DNA of 64,000 nt from Paecilomyces variotii. Lineage: Eukaryota. The position numbers and the translations under genes were made by a program. Below are positions 24,707-37,661 of the stretch, piece after piece. Under the pieces are notes generated by a model. That model saw nothing but the letters and a program-made list of their open reading frames with translations, was not told the DNA's origin and ran no database searches. Each line of letters opens with the position of its first letter. The stretch's first letter is position 1. The stretch lies in NCBI GenBank assembly GCA_004022145.1, contig RCNU01000003.1; one strand, written 5' to 3'.

Positions 24707-26828
24707 AGAGCAGGTCCCATGCGGAAACCACAGCAGCAACATCAGATCGATGGGTAAGTTCTCCGCGAGAACGTAAGTAGATAGGTCTGAACTAACTAAT
24801 TAGGTATTATCTACCCATGTCCTCGAAACCCTGAAAGCAGACTAATCCGGGTCGAATCTTGTCCGGACTTCCGAGTGAGCAGTGCTCCATACAGAGCTAT
24901 GATAGCACTCTTGTTCTGTGCCCGTGCTCGCCGGCAGAGGAACCCAGATCACCACATCTTTTTTAGCCATCGCGCACGCTCCAGCCGTCGTTATTAATGT
25001 ACCAGCGCTGTGATGTCGGCGGGATAGTTTGATCGTGACAGATTTAGGTAAAACGCTACGGTGCCTATTGGGATCTTCGCGGCCTGACTTCGGTTGAGAA
25101 GAAGAAATCAAAACTGATATATGATGACGAAGCCGATTGGAGTGACAGGCTTCCGCCAATAATAATCCCTGAGCTGCTCCCATCTTGTCCGGCCGAGCAT
25201 CAAACCACAAAAGTGCCGTGTCTTTAAGACGCAGCAAGGATAGAGAATGTTTTTTATTACTCTCGTCGATCCGGGGTAGAGGCATGATTGAGGAGTAATA
25301 TACTATTAGAAGGAAGGGGTGTTCGAAGATGTGGCGGCTCTGAAATGACAATAATCTTGAATATGGTAACCTACATCGTCGTTACAAGCTTGCCCCACGT
25401 GGAAATAAGTTGGGACTTGCGCCTGGTCGTGGCTGTACACTGGACTAGGTAGTTAGAAGAAAAACATACTACGGAGTACTCCGTACTCTGAGCTCTCCCT
25501 CTTACACGGAGGTCTTGGTCATACAGGAACACCGGTGTGGAGAGAAACCTGCTGTCTCCCGATTCACTATCATATGCACATGCGCCAAAGCTGGCTTCTC
25601 ATTGCTATCGCATAGGATACTCTCGAGTGTAGTTCTCCATCGCAGACAGCGCCAAGCCACAAAAGACCGGAGTGCGCCTCAGAGATCGGCATCGACAGTG
25701 CTTCAGGACCCTAAGCTCGAGCTAGAGACGGATAGTTGAATCATCCTGCAGCACCGCGCGCCTCGAAAACCTGAAACCTCGTCAACCTGGCATCATGATG
25801 CGTGGATCTCAGACCAGTTCGTTGGACGATATTTCATGGGGAGACAGCGCCGGCATGCCAATCTATGGCGCGCTCACCACAAATACGCGCGTAGAGCAGG
25901 AGATCCTGGGGTGTCCGTGCCTGAGAAGAGACGAGAGAAGCTATCAAACCGTATGGTAGTCTTAACATCGTAGATCAGTGCTGCCAGCAGGTCCCAGAGG
26001 GGGGACCATGTGGTCCCAAAGGGCAGGCCGTTTAAACTTTGGGCGGAATCCAACGGTATCTTGACCGGGCAGGGTTTTGAGATCCGCGATATGGAAACTA
26101 TACTCGAGTAGACTCAGCAGAGAACCAAATCAGCGGAAGGAGTCAAGCAAACTAAGTAGAACGGAGACCGGAAGAGTCGATGGTGCTCGGTGAGTAATTG
26201 ACTAGCTGGCATCTAATCGACTAGTAGTTGTTGGCTGCGACGCACTCCGGGGAATGGCGAAATCACCCACTGGCCTGAATAAGCGGAGTGTACGTCTCAT
26301 GGAGTAATAATCCTTGATTCTGTCGTCTGCGCGTCGCCAAAGAATCCCTTGTTCTGCGAAGTCAACACTGCTGGAAGCGTTGGATTTGCCATCAGACATC
26401 ACCCTCGTCTTTCTTCCCTGTTCGACAACAGATAAACAAAAGAGGAGAAGCAAAGGAAATTTTCTTCTCAACCGAATCCAGGGCCGTGGCACCAGGGTCT
26501 TGTTCCCCTTAAGTCGACCATAGTTCTCGATAGACTCGTCAACCACATATCCGTTCGCCACTGCTAACTGGTGTTGGAACCGTGGACTGAAGGAACAAAA
26601 AGGCCAAGGGACTCAGCTAGACATCCCCTCAACTGGTGTTTCTTCTTTCGCGCGGCGTGGATTGGAGCCCGATATTGGCAGATTCAAACGGTTGCTTCTT
26701 CCGCCAGGCTGGGATATCGTTCCCCAGCAAGTCGCCTCCACGGAGTTCAACCTGACTGACCCCCTCGTCCCGCTCCCCTCTCGGGCGCATTTCTTTCCTG
26801 CACGAAGCACTCACTGCCGGCTTAGTCC

Positions 26829-26852
26829 CTCTCTCTCTCTCTCTCTCTCTCT
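26829..26852 (+). repeat. (CT)12 tract within the pyrimidine-rich leader/promoter of the MAPKK gene
   Basis: CT dinucleotide run inside a CT-rich block at about 26825-26905, typical near fungal transcription starts. Confidence 0.8.
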
Positions 26853-27280
26853 CCCCCCTCGTCCTCTTCCCTCTCTTTCTCTGTCTTCTGTTTCTCTCTC
26901 CTTTTAATAGATCGATCCCTTCCTTCCAGCTGTTTTCTCCGTCTCCGCCTGTGCGACCTGACCTAACCCGCTTCCGTGGATCCAATCCTGCCACAAGCGG
27001 TGCCCCGCGCGGACATCTTGGACAGTGCCCGGGAACGCACCTTGAACCGGGTCCTCCACCTTCGGGTCGTTTGCTTTCTCATCGACTCTATCAGGTCTTT
27101 CACAGAAACATTTGCGGTCGGTCTGCACGAGCAACCGACGAATTCCTCTCTTTCATGTGCACATAACCCGGTGCGCCGGTGACTGGACCGAGCAGTGGTG
27201 GAGATAGCGCAGAGTCGAGAAGAAGAGCTTGATCGTGTTGCTCTCACTATAGTCTTTTTCTTTCTTTCTTGGAAACAACC

Positions 27281-29283
27281 ATGACGGACACACAGAAACC
27301 TCTCGCAGAGACACCGCCCATATCACCGGACGTGGACGACAGGTCCGATGAGTCTGAAGCCAGCGCGTCGTCCCCTCAGCCCCCCTCTCACGGTGTGCCC
27401 TCCCTCCGTCCTAAACCAGATGTCTCTGCAGGCATGACAGCATCGTCCACTCCTCTCGGTCAGTTGAACGCGGCACGACGGGGAGGAGTGCCTCCTCCGC
27501 GGCCACCTGCGTCGATGAGCGCCCAGTCCAGCGGTCTTAACCAGGATATTCTGGCCAAGATGAAAGCATTCTCTCTTTCTCGACAGGGTGCTCCCCCCGG
27601 GCTTGCCCATGTGGCCTCGACAGGTGTCATCCCGACAACAAGAGGGCCATTGACAGGCTCTAGCAGTCCAGTGTCGCCCCCCGGTCCTTCACCAGTAGGA
27701 GTTCCCATTGCTGGTCTGGCTGGTCGATTACCACATGCACAACGCCCCGGTGCTCCCAATTGGGCTTCTGCTCCTTCAGTGGCTGGTTCAGGGCCAACGG
27801 CCCCTAAACCAGGTGGATTGGCCGCGAAGAGATTGAAACCGGGACTGAAACTGTCGGATGCTACTGGTTCTCCGGGTTCAGGCTCTAGCAGCCCAGGTCC
27901 CGATGGGAAACACGATGAAACCGCGTTTAGCAAATACTCCGAGTATATCGATACCAAAGCTGGCACCTTGAATTTTAAGAACAAGGCGGTTATTCATGGA
28001 GGAGGGATCGAATTCTCGTCAGGTCAGAGTTTCAGCATTTCTCTAGACGAAGTCGACCGGTTAGACGAACTAGGAAAGGGTAATTACGGAACAGTATACA
28101 AGGTTCGCCACAGTCGTCCACATCTTCGAAAGCCCGGGCTAGGTTTGAGTGGTATCATGAGTCGTCCTACTGCAGTCGACGATTCAAAGAATGCAACTTC
28201 CCAGGACGATCTATCGGGGGTGATAATGGCGATGAAGGAGATCCGCCTGGAGCTCGACGAGAATAAGTTCGCCCAGATCATCATGGAGCTGGATATCCTG
28301 CACCGCTGCGTGTCACCTTTTATTATCGACTTCTATGGAGCTTTCTTCCAAGAAGGTGCTGTGTATATTTGCGTGGAGTACATGGACGGTGGGTCGATCG
28401 ACAAGCTGTATGAGCAGGGTGTCCCGGAGAATATTCTACGCAAGATTGCGCTATCGACTGTGATGGGTCTCAAGACACTGAAGGATGACCATAACATTAT
28501 CCATCGCGATGTCAAACCGACCAATATTCTAGTGAACACTCGCGGCCAAATCAAGATCTGTGATTTTGGTGTCAGTGGGAATCTGGTGGCCAGTATCGCC
28601 AAGACGAACATTGGTTGTCAGAGCTATATGGCACCTGAGCGTATTGCTGGCGGAGGTGTCCAGCAGTCCGGGACTCAGTCCACTGCGACATACAGTGTGC
28701 AGAGTGATGTGTGGAGTTTGGGGCTCTCGATCATCGAGTGTGCCATGGGACGGTATCCTTACCCTCCTGAGACTTACAACAATATTTTCAGTCAACTCCA
28801 TGTAAGTACCGCTTTCGAGTTGTCTTTTTTTTTTTTCATTGTCTTAGTTACTGACAAACCTTTCAGGCAATCGTTCACGGTGAGCCACCTTCTCTTCCAG
28901 AGACTGGCTACTCGGAAGAAGCCCACGAGTTCGTGCGCGCCTGTCTCAACAAGAGCCCGAACGGCCGTCCCTCGTATGCCATGCTTCTTCGACATCCCTG
29001 GCTTGCACCTTTGATGCAGCCTCCTACCGCCTCTGAGGCTGGGGGGAAGGGCGGGGATGAAGTCCCCGAGTCTAGCACAGAAGAGTCCCCTAAGGATATC
29101 CAATCGCGCCAGGGCAACCTATCAACTGAGGATAAGGAGGTTGCGGACTGGGTAAAGGATGCCCTGGATCGTCGACAGCGCGGCCTGCTAGGCGTCTCGG
29201 AGAAACCCGCCCTGCATGCAGTAGCCCTTGATGCTGTGCCAGGAAGCCCTCTATTAGATGATCCTACCAGTTTCCCAGCTTGA
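27281..29283 (+). CDS. PBS2: HOG-pathway MAP kinase kinase Pbs2/PbsB
   Basis: Pro-rich N-terminus, GLAAKRLKPGLKL docking-like segment, LGKGNYGTVYKV, MAMKEIRLELDE, HRDVKPTN, DFGVSGNLVASIAKTNIGCQSYMAPER. Intron 28802-28866. Confidence 0.95.
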
Positions 29284-30195
29284 TTGATTCGGTACAGCAT
29301 ACCCTCCATGAAAGAATCAAGACGGATTGCGATCTACGCCGGAGCAAGAGGTCAATATTCTCTGCAACCTTTTGGAGCCCGAACACGAGCAGCGGCGCAG
29401 GCGTCGGTTCATACTGGGCCCCTTCAAATCAGACCTTGGTGCTTACGACTATTGTTTCTCATGATGCTTGACATATCTAGGCGCTCCCAGAGCTTTTTAT
29501 GAAAACCATCTTGGCCGCTCCGAGTCCTGTCGGTCCATTCTACAATCATAACCGTATTGCCACTTATGTCTTCACATTTCCGTTCACATCATGCCATGCT
29601 GACGAAGATCTCTACCCCTCGTGGTCCGTTTTTCTGTTTCTTTTTCACGATGTACCCTAGAGTCTCTGTCGTTTCCGATACTCTACTGCGCCATTGGCGG
29701 GCTTGTTAGACAGCTTCGGTCTCGCACATATCAAAGTCTTGTTGTCTTATGTTCTTTTCCTTTCTTTTTTAAACGAGCTCGAGAAGCCAGCATGTGTACA
29801 TAACATAGAACCGCAGAAAGACGCCCCCTCGTGGGTTTGAGTGTGACTGTAATAGTTACAGTAGGTAATTAACTAGTTAGTTAACTAGTAAATAGTAGTT
29901 AGTAATCGAGTCTAGAGGGTGTCCATGCTCCTTGGATGTCCAGAACGTGGAGAATTAATAATACATTAATCACGATAAAACGTTTTAAACCGTCCAGCCG
30001 GAGTACAGCCGGGCCATCGCCTCTGCGAATCACGTGATTGGATCCAACATTGAAGCCGTCATATAAGCAGGACATTTTACGTGAAGAATCGGCCGGAATG
30101 GGATATCAAAGAGTAAATGGCGTATTTTGCGGCATGTAATAATAATAATAATCAAGAAGCATGTAACTACTCTAAGCTCTGATGCTATATGATTC

Positions 30196-30202
30196 TGACT
30201 AA
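30196..30202 (+). promoter_or_regulatory. Putative Yap1/AP-1 response element (TGACTAA) upstream of glutathione reductase
   Basis: TGACTAA about 200 nt upstream of the first ATG; yeast GLR1 is a Yap1 target. A 7-mer can occur by chance. Confidence 0.3.
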
Positions 30203-30367
30203 GATGGGATATCTCTCTCTCTGCTCTTGGCGCTGGCCGATCCAGCGCTACCTATCATCCCCCGAGTTAATCGACGTCCATCATCGCGCAGAGACCCCCT
30301 GTAAATTACCTAGCTCCCCCTCCTGCTCCGCCCCTCGCTTTTCTTGATTTCTCCCTTGTATATATAA

Positions 30368-32422
<2,055 letters not shown>

Positions 32423-32693
32423 ATGCTTGTACAAGCTCTCAAAGAAGAAAATCAGATCTTTTGCATACTGAGAATTATTAAATATGCAATGTCTAGAGGT
32501 AGAAATAGAGCAGATATCCCAGAACATATTTTGTACGAATTATCATATGGTAAAGATTATGATCATGTTGGACGAATATGAGTGGCGTATATACATATTT
32601 CGTTCCCGTCATTCATTTTTGGAAACATCATGAGAGATGAACTCACGCGGCTATAGTAGTACAGGACAAGAAAAGAAAATGCAACGATGACCT

Positions 32694-34374
32694 TTACCAA
32701 TGGTACTTGAAGTCGAGTTCTGCATCTCCCGTCTTCACCCTTCTCTTGTCCTCCTCGCCGCTCTCGATACGCTCTTTCATAGCGGTCTCTCTGCGCAAGT
32801 ACAAAACATGGCCTATTATGAAAAACTGCGATACCACCAATGATCCCAGGGAGAACGCATTACCGAGGACATATGGCGACTTCCGGTACACCTGACCCGC
32901 CACAATACCGGCGCAGTTTCCGATAGTCTGCTGTAAACCGATCTCCATGGCACGCCGGTAGTGCGGCGCTACATTCACGTTCAGCCAGGTGAGGTTCAGC
33001 CCTGGTCCGTTGTAGGTTGCAACGGCGCATAGGAAGGTCGCGAAGTACTTCACGCCACCGTTCGAGACGGTCAACAGGAGGATGTATCCGACAATACCGA
33101 AGATGTTGACTGAGAGTAGGAACTAGGAAGAATCAATCAGCATACTCTTGTCACCTCTTCATTTAGAAGGTATATATTCTGGGGAATGAACAACTTACCG
33201 GAGCAAATGTCCTATAACGATCGGAAAAGTAGGCAATGCTGATAAACGCGATGGCACCCCACACGTATACGGGCACCGTAAGGGCGTTACTTTTGAGCGA
33301 ATCGTAACCCATGCTCTTGAGGATGGCCGGCAAGAAGGTACTGAATCCGTACAACAGGATATCCTGGCAGAACTGGACGATACCGCTGAAGTACAGTTTC
33401 GGGTCTCTGGCAGCGATGCGGATCTCCTCCCAGTCGAATTTATCACTGCCCATATACTTCCTCCGTTGCTCGTTGCGGACCTTCATCATCCATTTTTCCT
33501 CCTCGTTCAAGAAATAAGCATTGGTCGGGTCGTTTGGTAGTCCGAACCAGATCCATACGGCGCACACCATACTGAACAGACCTTCGATGATGTAGACCCA
33601 TCTGGATGATCGTTAGCAAGTGTTTTCCAACCCGTGTCCAGGGATCCAAATAACTACTAACTTCCAACCGGCCATTCCGCCCACACCGTCCATTTGGAGG
33701 ATTCCGTAGGCCAATAGACCACCGACTGCACCAGAAATGGCTGCACAGCTGAATAGATACGACACACGCTTCGCCTGCTCTTCTCGCTTGTACACCATGG
33801 TGAGGTACAAGTTCAGGGCCGGGAACAGACCAGCCTCGCAGGTTCCCAAGATCAGACGTGTGGCATAGAGGCCGCCGATACTGACGATGAAGCCGGAGAA
33901 AATCGTGGTCAGGGACCAGATAATGCAGAGAACAGTGAGCATGTTCCGTGGCGTCCACTTCTTCATCAACACGGCCAGAGGAGACTCAAACGTGACATAG
34001 GTGGCATAGAAGATGGAGACGGCAACGGAGAACTGCTGCGAGGTCGCATGTATATCTTCAGGCATTCCAGCAACCTCGATATTTCCTGAAACATCATCGC
34101 TGTCAGTCATGGTCGCGATTAGTTAGCCTGCTAGAGGAGGAAGAAACTAACCGATGTTTGATCGGTCGAGGAAACAACTCAAATAGGCGAACATGATGAT
34201 AGGAACGAAGGCCAGGTCCAGCTTCGCTAGCAGTTTCTTTTCCTTCGCAGGATCCAGCTGGATATCCTCTGTTGTCCCGAACGTCGTATCCAAAGCACCT
34301 TTCTCCTCCTCCACGGGCAGCTTTTCATCGCCGCTCCGGGGCTGGTCTACATACTCGTTCTTTTCTTCAGACAT
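32694..34374 (-). CDS. MFS transporter, anion:cation symporter (Dal5/Tna1-like) family
   Basis: KLDLAFVP, LDRSNIGN, RLILGTCEAGLFP, YKREEQAKR, GGLLAYGI, GWK-WVYIIEG, LPNDPTNAYFL, GNCAGIVAGQVY, C-terminal FKYHW. Three introns. Confidence 0.92.
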
Positions 34375-35053
34375 CTTGAGTTGAGTTGTGTTGTCTGGGC
34401 TTCGGTATGCCACCACCTGGGGATAACTGGACACTCCGAGTTCCAGGTTGATCCTGTGGTCTCTTGAGTGTTGATCGATCGTCTCCCACCTTCTTATCCC
34501 GTGGGCGGGCGATTACCTTTGTACTACTAGTACTACTCACCTACATGAGGGCCGATAGCTAGCTCAACGGGCTTGGACTGAGGAGTTATCTCCTGAGATA
34601 GGAAAGAGGAGCCGTGACTTTTGGAATGCATCATGATCATTCGCGCATTGATTTCCGCATGGGAACTCGTAGCAAAACGCATGACTGATAACCGAGTTTA
34701 CAGGGTTTAGACTAAGTAGTAGCTTTTACGTGAGGGATGTACACATAACTACCTACCCAGCTACTGTACTAGAAGTAAGGCGGAGAAAAGAAAGATGGCT
34801 AAACAAAGCTGTTTCAGGCAAACCGGCTGTTGCAAGGAAAACGCCGGCGGCTTATCGAGCTTGAACCGCCGAACTTGACAACTGGAATCGCGTGTGCAGA
34901 ATTCAAGTCATTCTCCAATTAAGAGTCTTTTAAGGCTCTTCTCGATAACGCCTAAGGTCGACGCTATCCGGCACCGGCGTCGAGACCGCGCCAAAACTTC
35001 TTAAAATTCCCCGCAGATAAGAGATCGGCCTGAAACCATGTACATCGCGACGG

Positions 35054-35500
35054 CATACCTCCACGGCAAAAAAGACATGAGTGGGGTTTGGCTTTGTTGA
35101 GGGTTCACGGATGATAGGATACGAAATCGGCTTATAGGGCGTCGAACCGAGCGCCATTATTATTGATAAGTATCGTTTATCGGCCGAGAATAATAAATGG
35201 GATTGAATAATTATTATTCTCTGCGGTTTGGATGGTGGGAATATGCAATTATTTGGAAAAACGCATCGCTTCTCGGGGTGGATATGCTCGTATTGGCGGA
35301 ATAGAATAATGGATGGATCTTCTACTTACTTAGCTGGGACAGCTGTATGAAGAAGCCGTGGTTAATGCATTTTCCTTCTATGGGTCAGTTCTGGAAGCGT
35401 TCTTCCCCGTACTTATTCGCGCTATGGGATCTGCAGAGTAACTAGATAGTCTTATATCAGGCATGTGTTACTTACTATATATCTACCTGATCCTTTCCGC
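35054..35500. repeat. Diverged direct repeat, copy 1
   Basis: Shares collinear blocks with 36162-36485 (catgagtggggtttggct; aatcggctt; gaaccgagc; tatcggccga; gaagccgt; ttccttctatggg; cagttctggaag; cgcgctatgggatctgcag; tatatcaggcatg). Has about 150 extra nt near 35190-35345. Ends approximate. Confidence 0.85.
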
Positions 35501-36040
35501 GCTTCGTTCAATTCAACTTGTATAATGGTAATTTGCCAGACTCCGCTGAGGTGCTCTTCTGACTGGATGCAGACCTGCAAAATCTGACCCCTTGATCTCC
35601 TCTCTATGCTACCTAGAGGCCTTCGTGCCTCGATCTGGGACCAAGTTTACCATGCTGTCACCGAATTTACCCCTCTATGATAGCGGCTGGAGAGGATAGT
35701 CGAAAGACGCGAACCAGGATGATATACTGGTCCCGGATCCTCGTACTGGGAGAGCTGAAGAGCAACCAATCCGCCGATAAACCTTCTGAGGCATGGCTTG
35801 ATCTGGGGAAGATACGCCAGAGAAATGCTTGCTGCTCAAAATACGCGCCGCTTTATCTTGGGCTTTTGCAATGTGGATCTATTATGATGGTATGATTTGG
35901 AGAATCTACCAAAGGTGCATTGAGACTCCACTAGTAAATATAATGCACCCGCTAGGCAGCTGTGGTATTCTCCCTTTTCGTTGCAGAACAGATTTGGATA
36001 GAAAGAGTCCATTAAATAATAATCGATAGAAAAAGAAACT

Positions 36041-36147
36041 TGCGAGCCCGGGAGTCGAACCCGGATACCTGCGAGCCCGTGAGGGCCTACCCCGAAAGAG
36101 AGGTAAGGTACCGTCCTAACAGGCGTGCTTCCATTACACCAGCTCGC
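36041..36147 (-). tRNA. Non-canonical tRNA-like Pol III gene with an intron-like insert (anticodon ambiguous; AGG/Pro in one register)
   Basis: Minus strand: GCGAGC TG GTGT AATGGAA GCAC GCCTG TTAGGA [~41 nt] G CAGGT AT CCGGG TTCGACT CCCGG GCTCGC A, then TTTCTTTTT. A-box TGGTGTAATGG and B-box GGTTCGACTCC. All stems pair but the acceptor is only 6 bp. Confidence 0.7.
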
Positions 36148-36161
36148 TTTTGCTGTCCTAT

Positions 36162-36485
36162 CATAACGCCACAGCAAAGCATGAGTGGGGTTTGGCTTGC
36201 TGAGGTCCACAGATAGATAGGAAGATATCTAATAATATTAAATATCTAATCGGCTTGCAGGACGTTGAACCGAGCCCCATCAATATTAACTTACTATCGG
36301 CCGAAAAGAGTATACGAGAAGCCGTCGGCTGCTGCTGCGGGGATGAATGCATTTACTTTCCTTCTATGGGCAGTTCTGGAAGTATTATTCCTCCCCGTAT
36401 CGCGCTATGGGATCTGCAGTGTAGAGTCTTAAGTATATCAGGCATGGCTGGAGTAGCTAGCTATACACACTTGCACCTCTTTCTA
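36162..36485. repeat. Diverged direct repeat, copy 2
   Basis: Collinear similarity to 35054-35500; begins about 15 nt upstream of the 5' end of the tRNA-like gene. Confidence 0.85.
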
Positions 36486-36659
36486 TGCCATATCTATACC
36501 ATATCCTTTTATATGATCCACTTATTGGAAATTTGATATTAATATTTGCATATACAAGTCTCTGGTCTACTGTTACATCCTCGTCTACCTTATAACTCGA
36601 ATCAAGAAGCATAAACAACAACTTCAACCTCCTCCTAGGAATACACATACAACCTCAAA

Positions 36660-37661
36660 ATGGGCAGTATCGCCGTGGAAAGCACCGACTCCTCCTCCAC
36701 CCTCCGATCCCAGATCTCTAAACAATCCACCTCGCCCGCCCACGAAGCCCGTCTCCTCTCACGCCATAATCTCATCACAAACACCTCCGGCCTCGCTCCC
36801 AACTACCTACAAGCCAACCTCCTCGTCCTCCCCTCCAAATATGCCCAAGACTTCCACGACCTCTGTCTACGCAACCCCGTCCCCTGCCCTCTCCTAGGCA
36901 TCACTTCTTCCCCAGGAGACCCTCAAACCATCACTCCCTCCCAATGCATCCAAACCCCGCACGACTTCGACATCCGCACCGACTTCCCCCGCTACCGCAT
37001 CTACAAACACGGCAAATGCATCTCGACCTCCGTCCCCTCCCTCCTCGACGTCTGGACTCCGAACCACGTCGGCTTCCTCATCGGCTGCTCGTTCAGTTTC
37101 GAAGACGCCCTCACGGCCGCGGGCCTGCAGCCCCGGCACCAGAAAACAAACACCATCGTAGCAATGTACAAGACCAACATCCCAATCTTACCCGCGGGCG
37201 TATTCACGGGCGCCAAGGCCATCGTGTCTATGAGGCCGTATAAAGAGCATGAAGTGGAAAGAGTCAGGGATGTGACGAGACCGTTTCTGTCCACGCATGG
37301 AGAACCGGTTGCGTGGGGATGGGAGGGGGCAAGGGAGATTGGGATTCGAGATGTGCATGAGCCGGATTTTGGTCAGAAGCAGGTTTTTGAAGATGGGGAC
37401 GTTCCTGTTTTTTGGGTGAGTTTTTCCCTTCCCCCCCCCTTTCCTATGGACAGAGAGAAAATCGATCGATTGGAAGTGATAAAAATGACTATACTAACCA
37501 AACGAATTCTATGTATCAAGGCATGTGGTGTAACGCCCCAAATGGTCGTCGAAGCCGCAGGGGATAAAATTGACGGACTCGTCTTTGCTCATGAACCGGG
37601 CCACATGCTCGTTACGGATTGGACAACGGAGGATTTGAACAAGTTGAGACCCGGATTTTGA
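36660..37661 (+). CDS. DUF1445 / D-glutamate cyclase-like (YcsI-like) protein
   Basis: TSGLAPNYLQANL, FHDLCLRNPVPCPLL, DIRTDFPRY, FLIGCSFSFE, VSMRP, HGEPV, VPVFW/ACGVTPQ, HEPGHMLVTD. 105-nt intron 37416-37520. Confidence 0.9.
   Translation: MGSIAVESTDSSSTLRSQISKQSTSPAHEARLLSRHNLITNTSGLAPNYLQANLLVLPSKYAQDFHDLCLRNPVPCPLLGITSSPGDPQTITPSQCIQTPHDFDIRTDFPRYRIYKHGKCISTSVPSLLDVWTPNHVGFLIGCSFSFEDALTAAGLQPRHQKTNTIVAMYKTNIPILPAGVFTGAKAIVSMRPYKEHEVERVRDVTRPFLSTHGEPVAWGWEGAREIGIRDVHEPDFGQKQVFEDGDVPVFWVSFSLPPPFPMDREKIDRLEVIKMTILTKRILCIKACGVTPQMVVEAAGDKIDGLVFAHEPGHMLVTDWTTEDLNKLRPGF

Noticed and set aside
23620..27280. Short ORFs in the AEC/PBS2 spacer (for example 24842-25351 and 26202-26561)
   Set aside because: No recognisable motifs or coherent splice structure; treated as intergenic or UTR sequence.
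27269..29014. 581-aa ORF as the complete Pbs2 protein
   Set aside because: It starts at TTG and reads through intron 28802-28866; the spliced gene runs 27281-29283.
35125..35160. Second tRNA gene at the GGTTCGA motif
   Set aside because: No cloverleaf or matching A-box spacing; only a B-box-like string inside the repeat.
36041..36147. Selenocysteine or opal-suppressor tRNA (TCA in a hairpin loop) that could read the PLC TGA
   Set aside because: The TCA sits in a 4-nt loop inside the insert, not in a 7-nt anticodon loop, and the acceptor stem is shorter rather than longer than normal.
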